From a virus: a DNA stretch of 64,000 nt. Of this stretch, positions 1-10,095 are shown one piece after another (positions within the stretch are counted from its first letter, which is position 1; every line of letters starts with the position of its first letter). The DNA is taken from the IMG/VR virus record IMGVR_UViG_3300008267_012518. The stretch is one strand, 5' to 3'. A program made the translations under genes and the position numbers. Under the pieces are notes generated by a model. It searched no databases. It saw only the letters and a list, made by a program, of their open reading frames with translations, and had not been told where the DNA came from.

Positions 1-750
1 GGTAAAATATTTGCGAAAAGTAAAACAAGTTTCAATTCAGACCAAGCTGTAAAATCCCAAGAACTGTTTGAAAATAATCAGGACTTTAATACCAAAATAA
101 AAAACTTATTGGATAAAGGATTATCTCCAATTTTTGAATTAGTTGGTCCTAACAACAGAGTTGTAGTCAAATATAGTTTGACCGACCTCATTTTAATTAG
201 ACTGAGGAATAATGTTACTGGTGAGTATGTGGATATTGAAGAACGAGGTCTGAATATACCACATAAATATAATTTCTCATTAAGAGATTTAATAAGTTTA
301 AAGTCTGAATTGATAGATATGGAAGGTTGGATTGTAGAGTTTTTAGATGGTCAGAAAGTAAAAATTAAAACTGATTGGTATTTATCCTTACATAGAATTT
401 ATACTGATTATTCTCAAAGAGAAGATTATTTGATCGACCTGATTTTGGATGAAAAGATTGATGATATTCTATCCACTTTAGAGGATGGATGTGAGAACAA
501 AATCTTCGTTGAAAAAGTCATTAAACAAACTTACACTAATATTCTATCGATTAGAAATCAGGTTGATGAAATGTTGATTGATTATGATGGTGATAGAAAA
601 TTATTTGCTCAGAAATACAAAAATCATAAATACTTTCCAATATCGGTAAAGTGTCTATCCAATTTCGACAAACACGAAATTATAAAAGATTATATTAAAA
701 AAACAACCTATAGACTTGGTGAAGCTAGGAATTGGTTATCGAATTGTTGA
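1..750 (+). CDS. T4 Rnl1-like RNA ligase, 5'-truncated by the window edge
   Basis: Frame is open from base 1 (GKIFAKSKTSF...). Ligase-like motifs IFELVGPNNRVVVKY and EGWIVEF...KVKIKTDWY. Confidence 0.75.
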   Translation, partial: GKIFAKSKTSFNSDQAVKSQELFENNQDFNTKIKNLLDKGLSPIFELVGPNNRVVVKYSLTDLILIRLRNNVTGEYVDIEERGLNIPHKYNFSLRDLISLKSELIDMEGWIVEFLDGQKVKIKTDWYLSLHRIYTDYSQREDYLIDLILDEKIDDILSTLEDGCENKIFVEKVIKQTYTNILSIRNQVDEMLIDYDGDRKLFAQKYKNHKYFPISVKCLSNFDKHEIIKDYIKKTTYRLGEARNWLSNC

Positions 751-1669
751 AATTGTCTACTAAAGTCATGACTAATTCCTCGTATGGTTTTCCATTCAAA
801 TCGTATTCGAGGAGTTGTGTGAGGGTAGAACTTATTACCAGTTGCCATAACTCCTTATATTTGAATACCTTTTTCATCCCCCAAACGTGTTTGATATTAT
901 AAAATTTTATTTGTTCTTCATTAGTGGAATTTTCAAGTCTTGGGCACCATTCAGAACCATCTTGATAATCGATATTTTGTGTAATATATTTTTGAGAAAT
1001 GAAAGTACCATAATTAAGTTTTTGTTCAGATAATAAAATAGGCAGAAGTCTTTGTTCAATGAAACACATTTTTGTGGACGAATGTTCATTTACTTCGGAT
1101 TTACCGAAATTAAATCTGGCAACTTCAAAACTAGTTTTTATCCAATGATTTATATTTTTTGAATTTTTAACATACAAAAGGGCACCATTTGTTGGTAGGA
1201 TAGATTTATCCAAATTCAAAGATTTCAAATGATCTGGTAACATATAATCAAAATCCACATAAATATTTTTATGGAAATTCAAATCAAATTCTTCTTCGTG
1301 ATACATAACCACGTCCAAATTATCATCTATTTCCAAAGGAGCCCTTATCCACAAATCATTATCTAACAAAGTGAATGATTGATCTTTATTGACCAAATGA
1401 TCCAATACAATGAATTTAGAAAAGGCCCAATACTGTTTGTAGTCAATGTCATTTGGTTTATTCTGTAGAACATCTACATTTATGTAATCATAGACAGTTT
1501 CTACTCCCCATTTTTCAAGAGTATTCAGAAATTCTTGATTGCAATATAAATGAATTGGACCTTGAAATCTCTTCCAACTGAGTGCTGAAATAAGATTGAA
1601 TGTGACTATTTCTAGTTCCCAATTTAGATCTCCGTATTGTTCGAAGACGTGTACACCTAATTTATTCAT
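725..1669 (-). CDS. Putative glycosyltransferase-fold protein (DUF6734-like)
   Basis: SALSWKR...YWAFSKF...LLDNDLW has a DxD motif; family assignment is from memory. Confidence 0.4.
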   Translation of the reverse strand: MNKLGVHVFEQYGDLNWELEIVTFNLISALSWKRFQGPIHLYCNQEFLNTLEKWGVETVYDYINVDVLQNKPNDIDYKQYWAFSKFIVLDHLVNKDQSFTLLDNDLWIRAPLEIDDNLDVVMYHEEEFDLNFHKNIYVDFDYMLPDHLKSLNLDKSILPTNGALLYVKNSKNINHWIKTSFEVARFNFGKSEVNEHSSTKMCFIEQRLLPILLSEQKLNYGTFISQKYITQNIDYQDGSEWCPRLENSTNEEQIKFYNIKHVWGMKKVFKYKELWQLVISSTLTQLLEYDLNGKPYEELVMTLVDNFNNSITNS

Positions 1670-1985
1670 CGAAGTTTTTATCTGGGAATATAGCTTTTAA
1701 ATAAGGTTTTACATCAAGAGGATCTATAGAGTCTATTAATTCGTTGTGTGGTATTACTTTTCTCAAACAAAGTTTCAATATTTGTGGATATTCTGGTGTT
1801 TCTTTTATATCACCAATTATTTCCTCGACTTCTTCCGAAACAGTCAAAATCATTTTCGTATCAGTATAAAAAAAAGTTGCATCAAAACTTATGTCTTCGG
1901 ATGGTATCGTAATGGCTATGAGTACAATAATACCATTATCAACTTTACCCAAATATTTAATGACTGAGACGTCGATATCATTCAT
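1662..1985 (-). CDS. Hypothetical protein
   Basis: 107-aa ORF overlapping its same-strand neighbours. Confidence 0.6.
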   Translation of the reverse strand: MNDIDVSVIKYLGKVDNGIIVLIAITIPSEDISFDATFFYTDTKMILTVSEEVEEIIGDIKETPEYPQILKLCLRKVIPHNELIDSIDPLDVKPYLKAIFPDKNFDE

Positions 1986-2208
1986 TTGTTAGAACATCAA
2001 GTTTAGTTTCTCTTTCAACGAGATTTCTATTTTTTATGTAACCACCCATTTCGAGTGTATTAAAATATGATTGTACCATATCTTTAGAAGATGAATCTGC
2101 AAGTCTATGTAACATATCTCTGTACATATCTACAATGAGATTTCTTTTGGGACTTGGTAAATCTATTACTGAATCCAATACAAGATAATAGTCTTTAATA
2201 TTGTTCAT
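1978..2208 (-). CDS. Small hypothetical protein with C-terminal RETKLDVL motif
   Basis: 76-aa ORF coupled to its neighbours. Confidence 0.6.
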   Translation of the reverse strand: MNNIKDYYLVLDSVIDLPSPKRNLIVDMYRDMLHRLADSSSKDMVQSYFNTLEMGGYIKNRNLVERETKLDVLTNE

Positions 2209-2209
2209 A

Positions 2210-2473
2210 TTAATCGATTAAAATTTCAATTTTTTTAATTTTATCATCTGTGTCTGTGAAAATCACACCTAATTTTGATAGTTTTTTGAATTCTTTGGAT
2301 TCACCAGTTACTTCGTTGACCATTACATCTTTTTCATAACTAACTTCGATAGTTGGTCTTTCACCGAGGAACCTCTTCATATCTTCCTCAACTTGAACAT
2401 ATGACCAATTACCTCTTTTCCAATCAATTTTGGAAATATATTCTCTTATAGCACTTTCTTTTAATGAGTACAT
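2210..2473 (-). CDS. Hypothetical protein
   Basis: 87-aa ORF with an AT-rich leader. Confidence 0.6.
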   Translation of the reverse strand: MYSLKESAIREYISKIDWKRGNWSYVQVEEDMKRFLGERPTIEVSYEKDVMVNEVTGESKEFKKLSKLGVIFTDTDDKIKKIEILID

Positions 2474-2499
2474 AACAATAAATTTATTTTTATATTTTA

Positions 2500-2835
2500 T
2501 TAGATCAAAAATGTTTTGGGATTTTTAAAAGTTGAATTTTTAATCGTCTCTTGAAAATAATTATCCAAGTTCACACAATCTTTCTCAAATTGTTCAACAT
2601 CCATTTCAGACAACTCAAACCATTCCCCATTAATTCTATTTGATGAAAATTTCCTATGTAGTATAGCTTCAATCTTGGTTCCCCATTTGGATTGATGGAT
2701 TTTCTCAATAATAAAATCATTTGAATTACCTGTTTTCATTTGACTAATTCTTTTATCCACAGAGTTTTTTGTAAATCCGATCTTGTATCGTTTATTGAAA
2801 CCGTTATCGACTGAAATTAGATATACGTTATACAC
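2500..2835 (-). CDS. GIY-YIG superfamily nuclease, T5orf172 type
   Basis: VYLI...YKIGFT...KRISQMKTGN...EAILHRKF...NGEWF. Confidence 0.8.
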   Translation of the reverse strand: MYNVYLISVDNGFNKRYKIGFTKNSVDKRISQMKTGNSNDFIIEKIHQSKWGTKIEAILHRKFSSNRINGEWFELSEMDVEQFEKDCVNLDNYFQETIKNSTFKNPKTFLI

Positions 2836-2869
2836 AAATTATATATCACCAACAAGCTCTCCAAAATAA

Positions 2870-2900
2870 AAAAAACCCTCCGAATATCAGAGGGTTTTTT
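2870..2900 (-). terminator. Intrinsic terminator downstream of dnaK (symmetric)
   Basis: AAAAAACCCTC-cgaatatca-GAGGGTTTTTT inverted repeat. Confidence 0.85.
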
Positions 2901-2917
2901 AATTGAAATTATCAGTT

Positions 2918-4798
2918 TTACTTTACTTCTTCAAACTGAGTGTCTTCCACTTTAGCTTCGGATGTAGTTTCATCAGGTGTTATTTCTGATTGAGCTTCTG
3001 AGTATAATCTCTCCGATATTTTACCCCAAGTCTCTGTCAATTTACCCATGTCATTTTCAATCTTATCCAAATCTTTTTCTTGATGTGATGATTTTAAAGA
3101 ATTCAGAGCCTCGTTAAGTGAATTTTTATCATCCTCTGTTAATTTTTCTTCATATTCTTTAATCTGCTTTTCTGTTTGGAAGATCATAGAGTCAGCGGAG
3201 TTTAGTTTTTCAACTTTCTCTCTTTCCAACTTATCCGATTCTGCAAACTCCTCAGCCTCTCTTTTCATCTTTTCAATTTCCTCTTTTGAAAGCTGTGAAC
3301 CACCCTCAATCCGGATTTTATTTTCTTTGTTGGTAGCTTTATCTTTTGCACTAACTGATAGAATTCCGTTAGCGTCGATATCGAAAGTTACTTCTATTTG
3401 TGGAATTCCTCTTGGTGCTGGCATAATTCCATCCAAGTGGAACCTTCCAAGTGAACGGTTATCTTTCGCCATCGGTCTCTCACCTTGCTGAACGTGAATT
3501 TCAACAGAAGGTTGGTTATCGGAAGCCGTTGAAAAAGTCTCGGATTTCCTTGTAGGAATTGTTGTGTTAGCTTCAATCAATTTGGTCATTACACCACCCA
3601 TAGTTTCGATACCTAGTGAAAGTGGAGTCACGTCTAGTAGAAGTACATCTGTGATATCACCTTGTAGCACTGCTCCTTGAATAGCTGCTCCGATAGCTAC
3701 AACCTCATCTGGGTTAACAGATTTATTTGCTTTCTTATCGAAGAACTTTTCAACTGCTTCTTGTACAGCCGGTACTCTTGTAGATCCACCAACGAGAATT
3801 ACCTCATCTATATCTTTAGCGGAAATCTTAGCATTTTTAAGAGCTGATTTACAACATTTGATTGTTTTATCAATGTAAGTTGAAATCATTTTTTCGAAAC
3901 TAGATCTGGTGAGAGTTTTAACGAAGTGTTGTGGGACACCATCAATTGCGGTGATATAAGGCAGATTGATTTCAGATTGACTCGACGAAGAAAGTTCGAT
4001 CTTAGCTTTTTCAGCTGCATCCTTCAAACGTTGAAGAGACATTGGATCTTTTGAGAGATCCATATTATTATCCTTCTTGAATTCTTCAACCATCCAATTG
4101 ATAATTGAGTTATCAAAGTCATCACCACCAAGGTGTGTATCACCATCTGTTGATTTTACTTCAAATACTCCATCACCAATTTCGAGGACTGAAATGTCGA
4201 ATGTACCACCACCAAGGTCATAGACGATAATTTTTTGATCAGAACCCTTCTTATCAAGACCGTAAGCTAGAGCCGCTGCGGTTGGTTCATTTATAATCCT
4301 TTCCACTTCTAGTCCAGCAATTTTACCAGCTTCGATAGTTGCAGTTCTTTCTGCGTCTCCGAAGTAAGCCGGCACTGTAATTACAGCCTTCTTCACTTCT
4401 TGGCCTAAATAATCTTCAGCAGTCTTTTTAAGTTTTTGTAAAATCATAGCTGAAATTTCCTGAGGGGTGTAATGACGGTCATCAATTTTAACACCAGGAA
4501 CGTTATTACCAGTATTCTCTACTTTATAGGGAACTCTTTTAACCTCATCGGTACAAACAGTGAAGTCTTTACCAATAAATCTCTTGATTGAGTAAACTGT
4601 TTTTGTAGGATTGGTTACTGCCTGACGTTTGGCTGGATCACCTACTTTTCTATCATTTTCAGTGAAACCTACAATTGATGGTGTTGTTCTTCTTCCTTCC
4701 GCGTTAGGGATTACAACTGGATCACCTGATTGAACGACTGCGAGGGCCGAGTTTGTGGTCCCAAGGTCAATTCCAATTACATATTCTTTTTTTGACAT
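2918..4798 (-). CDS. dnaK: Molecular chaperone DnaK (Hsp70), full length
   Basis: [32 protein letters not shown]; C-terminus EDTQFEEVK resembles Bacteroidota DnaK. Confidence 0.98.
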   Translation of the reverse strand: MSKKEYVIGIDLGTTNSALAVVQSGDPVVIPNAEGRRTTPSIVGFTENDRKVGDPAKRQAVTNPTKTVYSIKRFIGKDFTVCTDEVKRVPYKVENTGNNVPGVKIDDRHYTPQEISAMILQKLKKTAEDYLGQEVKKAVITVPAYFGDAERTATIEAGKIAGLEVERIINEPTAAALAYGLDKKGSDQKIIVYDLGGGTFDISVLEIGDGVFEVKSTDGDTHLGGDDFDNSIINWMVEEFKKDNNMDLSKDPMSLQRLKDAAEKAKIELSSSSQSEINLPYITAIDGVPQHFVKTLTRSSFEKMISTYIDKTIKCCKSALKNAKISAKDIDEVILVGGSTRVPAVQEAVEKFFDKKANKSVNPDEVVAIGAAIQGAVLQGDITDVLLLDVTPLSLGIETMGGVMTKLIEANTTIPTRKSETFSTASDNQPSVEIHVQQGERPMAKDNRSLGRFHLDGIMPAPRGIPQIEVTFDIDANGILSVSAKDKATNKENKIRIEGGSQLSKEEIEKMKREAEEFAESDKLEREKVEKLNSADSMIFQTEKQIKEYEEKLTEDDKNSLNEALNSLKSSHQEKDLDKIENDMGKLTETWGKISERLYSEAQSEITPDETTSEAKVEDTQFEEVK

Positions 4799-4828
4799 AA
4801 TAAATTATTTTTTTTAATTTAGATATTT

Positions 4829-4875
4829 ACAATTAGTATACCACAAAAAAATATATGACACAATGTCATATATTT
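4829..4875 (-). promoter_or_regulatory. Sigma54-like -24/-12 element plus an upstream inverted repeat in front of dnaK
   Basis: Minus strand reads TGGTATA-CTAA-TTGTA (4843-4828) with the correct 11-nt GG-to-G spacing. Perfect IR AAATATATGACA-caa-TGTCATATATTT at 4849-4875. Confidence 0.5.
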
Positions 4876-4925
4876 GTCTTTGTGTAGATAATATATTGTC
4901 AGAAAAGAAAAAGTTTAGAAAAAAA

Positions 4926-6209
4926 TTATAATGGTTCTCTGCTGCCCTCAGTATCTCTTAATTCATATTGAGGATTTATTATTTGGCCGTCATTGGATAG
5001 GACTCCAGATGAATCTCTTGTGTCAATTTCATTTAATTGAAGATATGATAGTGTATCTACATATGGATAATATTCATGGTCTGCCCATTTCAAATCTACT
5101 GAATAAGAAGGATCTTTAAATGCATTGCCTTTTTGCGCGGTGAACATATTACTTGAATTCTGAACTTTCTTACACCACCAACCATTCTTTTCAGCGAATT
5201 GTTTAAAAAGTTCTACATCAGAGTCGTTGTTGGTATAAATTCTATCCATAAACATATCACCTTGATTAGTTTTCCAAAGAAGTGCTCTTCCTTTGATAAC
5301 GTCACTTTTGTATTTACCATCCTTTATCCTCCCACCTCTGTCAGCATATAGAATTACTAATTTTACAACATCCGAATTTTCTGTGTAAATTCCGAAGTAA
5401 TTCTCACACTCTTCATAACGCATACAAGATCCACCTAATGTTGAATTATCAGTGTCATAAGTACCCTCATAGTACCAATTAGCTATATCATAACCACTCA
5501 CAACATCGAACTTTAGGAATGCATCATTCATCATATCCCAAGCTGATTTATAAGCATTGGAAAAATCTTCAACTTGTTTTGGTGTAACAGGTTGTTTTGC
5601 TGCTGACATAATTGAACTAACTAATCTACCAATTCTTATTGGATTTCTATTTGTTTTATAAAGTCTTTCCTCTGTATCAGAATATTGGTCAATAGCATCT
5701 TTATTCAAACAAATAAATTTGTCAGTACCACTATCATTCCATGCAAACAAAACATAGGTTTTACCGGTCAAACTACTTATGTGTTCAGACAATATCTTAC
5801 CAACTACATTTGGACCAGGAACTGGATGATTTTCACTTATTGGTTCTATTGGCTCAAATCCGAGAGCATCGAATATTTTTTTGTTTTTATATTCACCTTC
5901 ATTATTTTTATTGAATGTAAGGAACTTTGAACCTGGTAAACTTGAGTTTGTTCTCCAAACTGGAGGATTATCTCTTATAAGTTGTTGAGCTCTTCTATCT
6001 TGGATAAAAGTAACTTCTTCTTTATTATCAGATACATCGATATAATTTTGATTTAGAGTAAGGTCAGCACCTTTCATACCTAAGAGATAATTCTTAACCT
6101 CATTATCTCCTGGTATCATTGATAAGACCTTTTTAAACTTATCGGAAAACTCTAACCTACTTTCAAAAACTATAGATTCTAAGATGAACTCATAAAAATT
6201 ATCTAACAT
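4926..6209 (-). CDS. Phage protein of unknown function with a capsid-targeting-like N-terminus
   Basis: 427 aa; starts MLDNFYEFILES; motifs SCMR, GRALLW, FMDRIY. Confidence 0.6.
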   Translation of the reverse strand: MLDNFYEFILESIVFESRLEFSDKFKKVLSMIPGDNEVKNYLLGMKGADLTLNQNYIDVSDNKEEVTFIQDRRAQQLIRDNPPVWRTNSSLPGSKFLTFNKNNEGEYKNKKIFDALGFEPIEPISENHPVPGPNVVGKILSEHISSLTGKTYVLFAWNDSGTDKFICLNKDAIDQYSDTEERLYKTNRNPIRIGRLVSSIMSAAKQPVTPKQVEDFSNAYKSAWDMMNDAFLKFDVVSGYDIANWYYEGTYDTDNSTLGGSCMRYEECENYFGIYTENSDVVKLVILYADRGGRIKDGKYKSDVIKGRALLWKTNQGDMFMDRIYTNNDSDVELFKQFAEKNGWWCKKVQNSSNMFTAQKGNAFKDPSYSVDLKWADHEYYPYVDTLSYLQLNEIDTRDSSGVLSNDGQIINPQYELRDTEGSREPL

Positions 6210-6231
6210 ATCTTATATATTCAAGAATGGA

Positions 6232-6735
6232 TTATTTTTTTAATCTGTATGAACCCTTTTCATTTAAATAAGCTTGTAAATCCTCATATCTAACGCTACC
6301 AGGATTGTTAATCACTTTGTCGGCTACTCCTTTTTTTGCTTTTTTTGTTGAATTTTCCTTTTCTAAAACGATTTCTTGATAATCTTCTTTAGAAATTTTC
6401 AATATATGTCCCAAGTAAGCATCGATACCTTTTTCAGTAACTGATTTTTGATCAAATTCATAAATAAATTCTTCTCTGTCAATATACAATCTAAATTCCT
6501 TTTCGGAAATAAGGTGGTCCGTGTAAAATTCTATATCACCTATGATTCCTTGTTTCAAAATAGATGACTTATAATGATGATTATAAACAAATGCAAACTG
6601 GTCGTTTTTATTCATCACCCGTTCACCAGAACGGTCTTCCATCGTTATGGATTGTCCCAAATTGACTTTATAATACTTACTATTTTGTTTGATTATTGAG
6701 TTTATTGAGTAATTTGTTACTATGTTGTAGGTCAT
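6232..6735 (-). CDS. Hypothetical protein
   Basis: 167-aa ORF. Confidence 0.6.
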   Translation of the reverse strand: MTYNIVTNYSINSIIKQNSKYYKVNLGQSITMEDRSGERVMNKNDQFAFVYNHHYKSSILKQGIIGDIEFYTDHLISEKEFRLYIDREEFIYEFDQKSVTEKGIDAYLGHILKISKEDYQEIVLEKENSTKKAKKGVADKVINNPGSVRYEDLQAYLNEKGSYRLKK

Positions 6736-6750
6736 AGTATATTTATTCGA

Positions 6751-7299
6751 TTAGTCAGTTTCTATGGAAAATTCCTCATCATCTGTTTCGCCCGATGGAT
6801 AATTTTTTTCAAGCTCTATTAATAGTTCTTCAAAAAGACTTTCATTTATATCATCGATTGCGACTTTCTTTTCAAATTCACCAGCGGGTTCCGTACCTTC
6901 TTCCAAAGAATATCTTTTAAACTCAATATTGCACTCTTTTAAGTTTTCTGGATCGAATTCTTGACCCTCGGGTGCAACTGCATCCTTCAAATCAATAGTG
7001 AAGGTGGCGTCGTATCGGTATTCATCATCTGAGAAAATGAGTTTCACAGATTTATAAGTTTTGGAAAATTTAGCTTGTTCTATACTTTCCAAATTCAAAT
7101 TTTTAAATACATCGGATTTTTTATCAGTTTCTTGTTGTGATTGTCCAAATTTTTGAATTTCTCCACCCTCAATTGTATCTGAAGTGAATAATTTTTTCAA
7201 TTTCAGTTCTATTTGATCTATTTTCCTTTTAACATTAACTTCCACTTCTGCGGACGATTCTTTAATCAAGAAGTCATTGAATTTTCTAATTGAAACCAT
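6751..7299 (-). CDS. Acidic hypothetical protein with a capsid-targeting-like N-terminus
   Basis: Starts MVSIRKFNDFLIKES; AATATATA motif upstream at 7322-7329. Confidence 0.6.
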   Translation of the reverse strand: MVSIRKFNDFLIKESSAEVEVNVKRKIDQIELKLKKLFTSDTIEGGEIQKFGQSQQETDKKSDVFKNLNLESIEQAKFSKTYKSVKLIFSDDEYRYDATFTIDLKDAVAPEGQEFDPENLKECNIEFKRYSLEEGTEPAGEFEKKVAIDDINESLFEELLIELEKNYPSGETDDEEFSIETD

Positions 7300-7334
7300 T
7301 TCAAAAATAATTTTATAATCTTATATATTATTAT

Positions 7335-7342
7335 TACATTTG
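7335..7342 (+). promoter_or_regulatory. Bacteroidota sigma-A -7 element (TAnnTTTG) for uvsE
   Basis: TACATTTG 7 nt before the ATG; the same element recurs at 13604, 17947, 18293, 20876, 23074, 24595, 27463 and 27546. Confidence 0.7.
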
Positions 7343-7349
7343 TCAAATA

Positions 7350-8261
7350 ATGAACAGAGTTGGGTATTGTTGTATATCTTTGGGTATCAACGAAGGATTG
7401 AGGAAAAAAGACCATATTTCAGTTAACAGAAGTATGATCAAAAAGACTTTCGAAACGAAAGGTTTATCTTATGTTTCAGAACTTATCGTGTCCAATTTGG
7501 AAGATACTATAAAGGTTCTTCATTATAACATAAAAAAGAATATCAAAGTATATAGAATGTCTTCGGATAGTTTTCCGTGGATGAGTCATTACAATTTCTA
7601 CGACCTACCAAACTATGAGAAGATTGAAAAATTACTTACTACTATCGGTGGTATAGTAAAGCAACACGACATCCGTGTATCTTATCATCCTGGTCCATTC
7701 AACATCCTCGGTAGTGAGAAGGAAAACGTTGTACTCAAAACAATCGATGAACTTGATAAACACGCCGAATTGATGGACTTGATGGGTCTTGAACAATCAA
7801 CTTATTATCCAATCAATATCCACTTGAATGTCACTACACCTACCCACGAATTGGCGGCAAAAAGATTTTGTGATAATTTTCAGCGTTTAAAACCATCGAC
7901 TAAAGCAAGATTAACAATTGAAAATGATGACAAACCTTCACAGTATTCTGTGAAGATGTTATATGAATTAGTTCACAAAGTAATTGGAATACCAATTGTT
8001 GTGGATAGTTTACACTATTCTTGTCACTCAGATAATATGTCTTGGGAAGATACACTCAAATTGGGATTGTCAACTTGGAAAACAAAACCAATTTGTCACC
8101 ATTCTTCATCAAAAAAATTACATGAGGATAATACTGTTATTTTGTCAGCACATGCGGATTTTTTATATGAGGAGTTCAAATCTTGTGGTTTTGACATCGA
8201 CATAGAGTTGGAATGTAAGAAAAAAGATTTTGCGGTGGAAAAATATCTTTTAGACTACTAG
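7350..8261 (+). CDS. uvsE: UV DNA damage endonuclease
   Basis: YRMSSDSFP, SYHPGPF, IHL, RLTIENDDK, VVDSLH, HHS, HAD, ELECK. Confidence 0.92.
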   Translation: MNRVGYCCISLGINEGLRKKDHISVNRSMIKKTFETKGLSYVSELIVSNLEDTIKVLHYNIKKNIKVYRMSSDSFPWMSHYNFYDLPNYEKIEKLLTTIGGIVKQHDIRVSYHPGPFNILGSEKENVVLKTIDELDKHAELMDLMGLEQSTYYPINIHLNVTTPTHELAAKRFCDNFQRLKPSTKARLTIENDDKPSQYSVKMLYELVHKVIGIPIVVDSLHYSCHSDNMSWEDTLKLGLSTWKTKPICHHSSSKKLHEDNTVILSAHADFLYEEFKSCGFDIDIELECKKKDFAVEKYLLDY

Positions 8262-8305
8262 ATATATAATTTTAACCAGCGATGGTCAAAAAATAATCTC
8301 TTTTT

Positions 8306-9205
8306 ATGTTCAAAAAAAATATTTTCAAACAATTTTTGATTTTGTTTGGTGGTATTGTCATGTTTTCTTGTCAGAAACAAGAACCAATCTTACCACAAGA
8401 AAATCATGTCCACACACAGAGTGAAATCAATTCGATGGCTAGGTTAGCCACAGAAAATCTCACGATGGGTAATCCAAGTAACGCGGTGACAAGCACTACC
8501 TCACCCACTAATTATCTCCTAAGTAAATTTACTTGGGCTGCTAGTTACAACCGTGATTTAGGTAGACCCAATTGGGTTTCTTGGCATTTAAATAGCACTT
8601 GGATTGGATCAGCTTCAAGGTGTGATTGTTTTGCTTCTGACGCTACTTTACCTACAGGTTGGTATAGAGTTGGTAGTTCATCATATACCGGTTCAGGTTT
8701 TGACAGAGGACACAATTGTCCATCAGGTGATAGAACTTATAACTCAACTGATAATCGAGAGACATTTTTAATGACTAATATGATGCCTCAAGCACCTCTG
8801 AATAATCAACAAACTTGGGAGAAGTTAGAGTCATATTGTAGAAAACTCGTAACCCAAGGAAACGAGTGTTACATTATTTGTGGTTCTTATGGTGTAGGTG
8901 GGACTGGTTCGGCTGGATATAAAACAACATTAGATGCAGGTAGAGTGACTGTTCCATCAAATATTTGGAAAGTCGTTTTGGTATTGCCTAATGGGACAAA
9001 TGATGTCTCACGTGTCACAACATCGACAAGAGTTATTGCTGTTAATACTCCCAACACCCAATCAATAGTTACATCAACTTGGGGTGGTTATAGAACTACT
9101 GTGGATGCTATTGAGGCTGTTACAGGATATGATATTCTATCTGCTTTACCAGATGCAACCGAATCTATCCTCGAGTCAACAATAGATACTGGTCCTACTC
9201 TTTAG
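8306..9205 (+). CDS. DNA/RNA non-specific endonuclease (NucA/EndA type) with a lipoprotein signal peptide
   Basis: GFDRGHNCPSGDR catalytic motif, NMMPQ, LNNQQTWEKLE, VPSNIWKV; hydrophobic N-terminus ending MFSC followed by QKQE. Confidence 0.9.
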   Translation: MFKKNIFKQFLILFGGIVMFSCQKQEPILPQENHVHTQSEINSMARLATENLTMGNPSNAVTSTTSPTNYLLSKFTWAASYNRDLGRPNWVSWHLNSTWIGSASRCDCFASDATLPTGWYRVGSSSYTGSGFDRGHNCPSGDRTYNSTDNRETFLMTNMMPQAPLNNQQTWEKLESYCRKLVTQGNECYIICGSYGVGGTGSAGYKTTLDAGRVTVPSNIWKVVLVLPNGTNDVSRVTTSTRVIAVNTPNTQSIVTSTWGGYRTTVDAIEAVTGYDILSALPDATESILESTIDTGPTL

Positions 9206-9638
9206 TATTTTTTTCTTCCGAAGTTAGAAGCCCCTTTCCATATTTGCCGACCCTCTGATAGTATCTATCTTTAACTCGGTCAGATATGGACAAGGGGTTT
9301 CCTTCTTCATCTATTCTTACAAACTTAATATGTGTATGGGTTACAATTTCTTGATTTCCAGTGTATACATTATGTTTCCTAACTTCTATGTACAGAGTTA
9401 TGGAAGTTGTTCCAAAGTTTGTAACCTTACCATAAATCTTAATTAAATTGCCAACTTTGACCGGTTTTTTGAAAATTAATTGATCAATCATCACAGTCAC
9501 CATTCTTGGTGTATCACAAAGTTGCATTGCATAAACAACAGCTGATTCATCAATCAAACTAAGCATATGACCACCAAACATATTAGAATGAAGACCAGTT
9601 TCAGATGCTTTACATATATGGGTAGATATCAATTCCAT
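9195..9638 (-). CDS. Acyl-CoA thioesterase (hotdog fold, YciA-like)
   Basis: NMFGGHMLSLIDE, FKKPVKVG, FVRIDEEGNP. Confidence 0.88.
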   Translation of the reverse strand: MELISTHICKASETGLHSNMFGGHMLSLIDESAVVYAMQLCDTPRMVTVMIDQLIFKKPVKVGNLIKIYGKVTNFGTTSITLYIEVRKHNVYTGNQEIVTHTHIKFVRIDEEGNPLSISDRVKDRYYQRVGKYGKGLLTSEEKNTKE

Positions 9639-9651
9639 TTCTGATTATATC

Positions 9652-10095
9652 TCAATCCAACTGATTGTTCAAAAATAAAATATCTAACTTAGATTCGATA
9701 AGAAAATCAATCCCATCACTGTCTCTATATTGGCTATTATAAACAATCCTTTTTATACCTGATTGAAATATCAATTTTGAACATTCTTTACAAGGTGAGT
9801 GTGTGAGGTAAATGGTTGCGTCTTTACAAGAAACACCATTCTTGGCACATTTTAGGATAGCGTTTGCTTCGGAGTGTAGGATATACCAATGTGTATTGTT
9901 GTTAGTGTCCTCACAATTATTATCAAATCCAGTAGGAGCTCCGTTGAAACCGTCTGATATTATCATACCATCTTTGACGATGAGTGAACCGACTTTGTTT
10001 CGTTTACAACATGAAAGGGTGGCCCACTCAAGGGCCATTTTCATGTAAACCTTATCGTATTTTAACTGTTTCAAGTTATTTTGAAATATCGACAA
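9652..10095 (-). CDS. dCMP deaminase
   Basis: KVGSLIVKD, GFNGAP, HSEANAI, SPCKEC zinc motifs. Confidence 0.92.
   Translation of the reverse strand: MSIFQNNLKQLKYDKVYMKMALEWATLSCCKRNKVGSLIVKDGMIISDGFNGAPTGFDNNCEDTNNNTHWYILHSEANAILKCAKNGVSCKDATIYLTHSPCKECSKLIFQSGIKRIVYNSQYRDSDGIDFLIESKLDILFLNNQLD

Noticed and set aside
2500-2835. A mobile homing endonuclease or intron
   Set aside because: It is a single small T5orf172-type domain, free-standing, with no interrupted host gene or intron structure around it.
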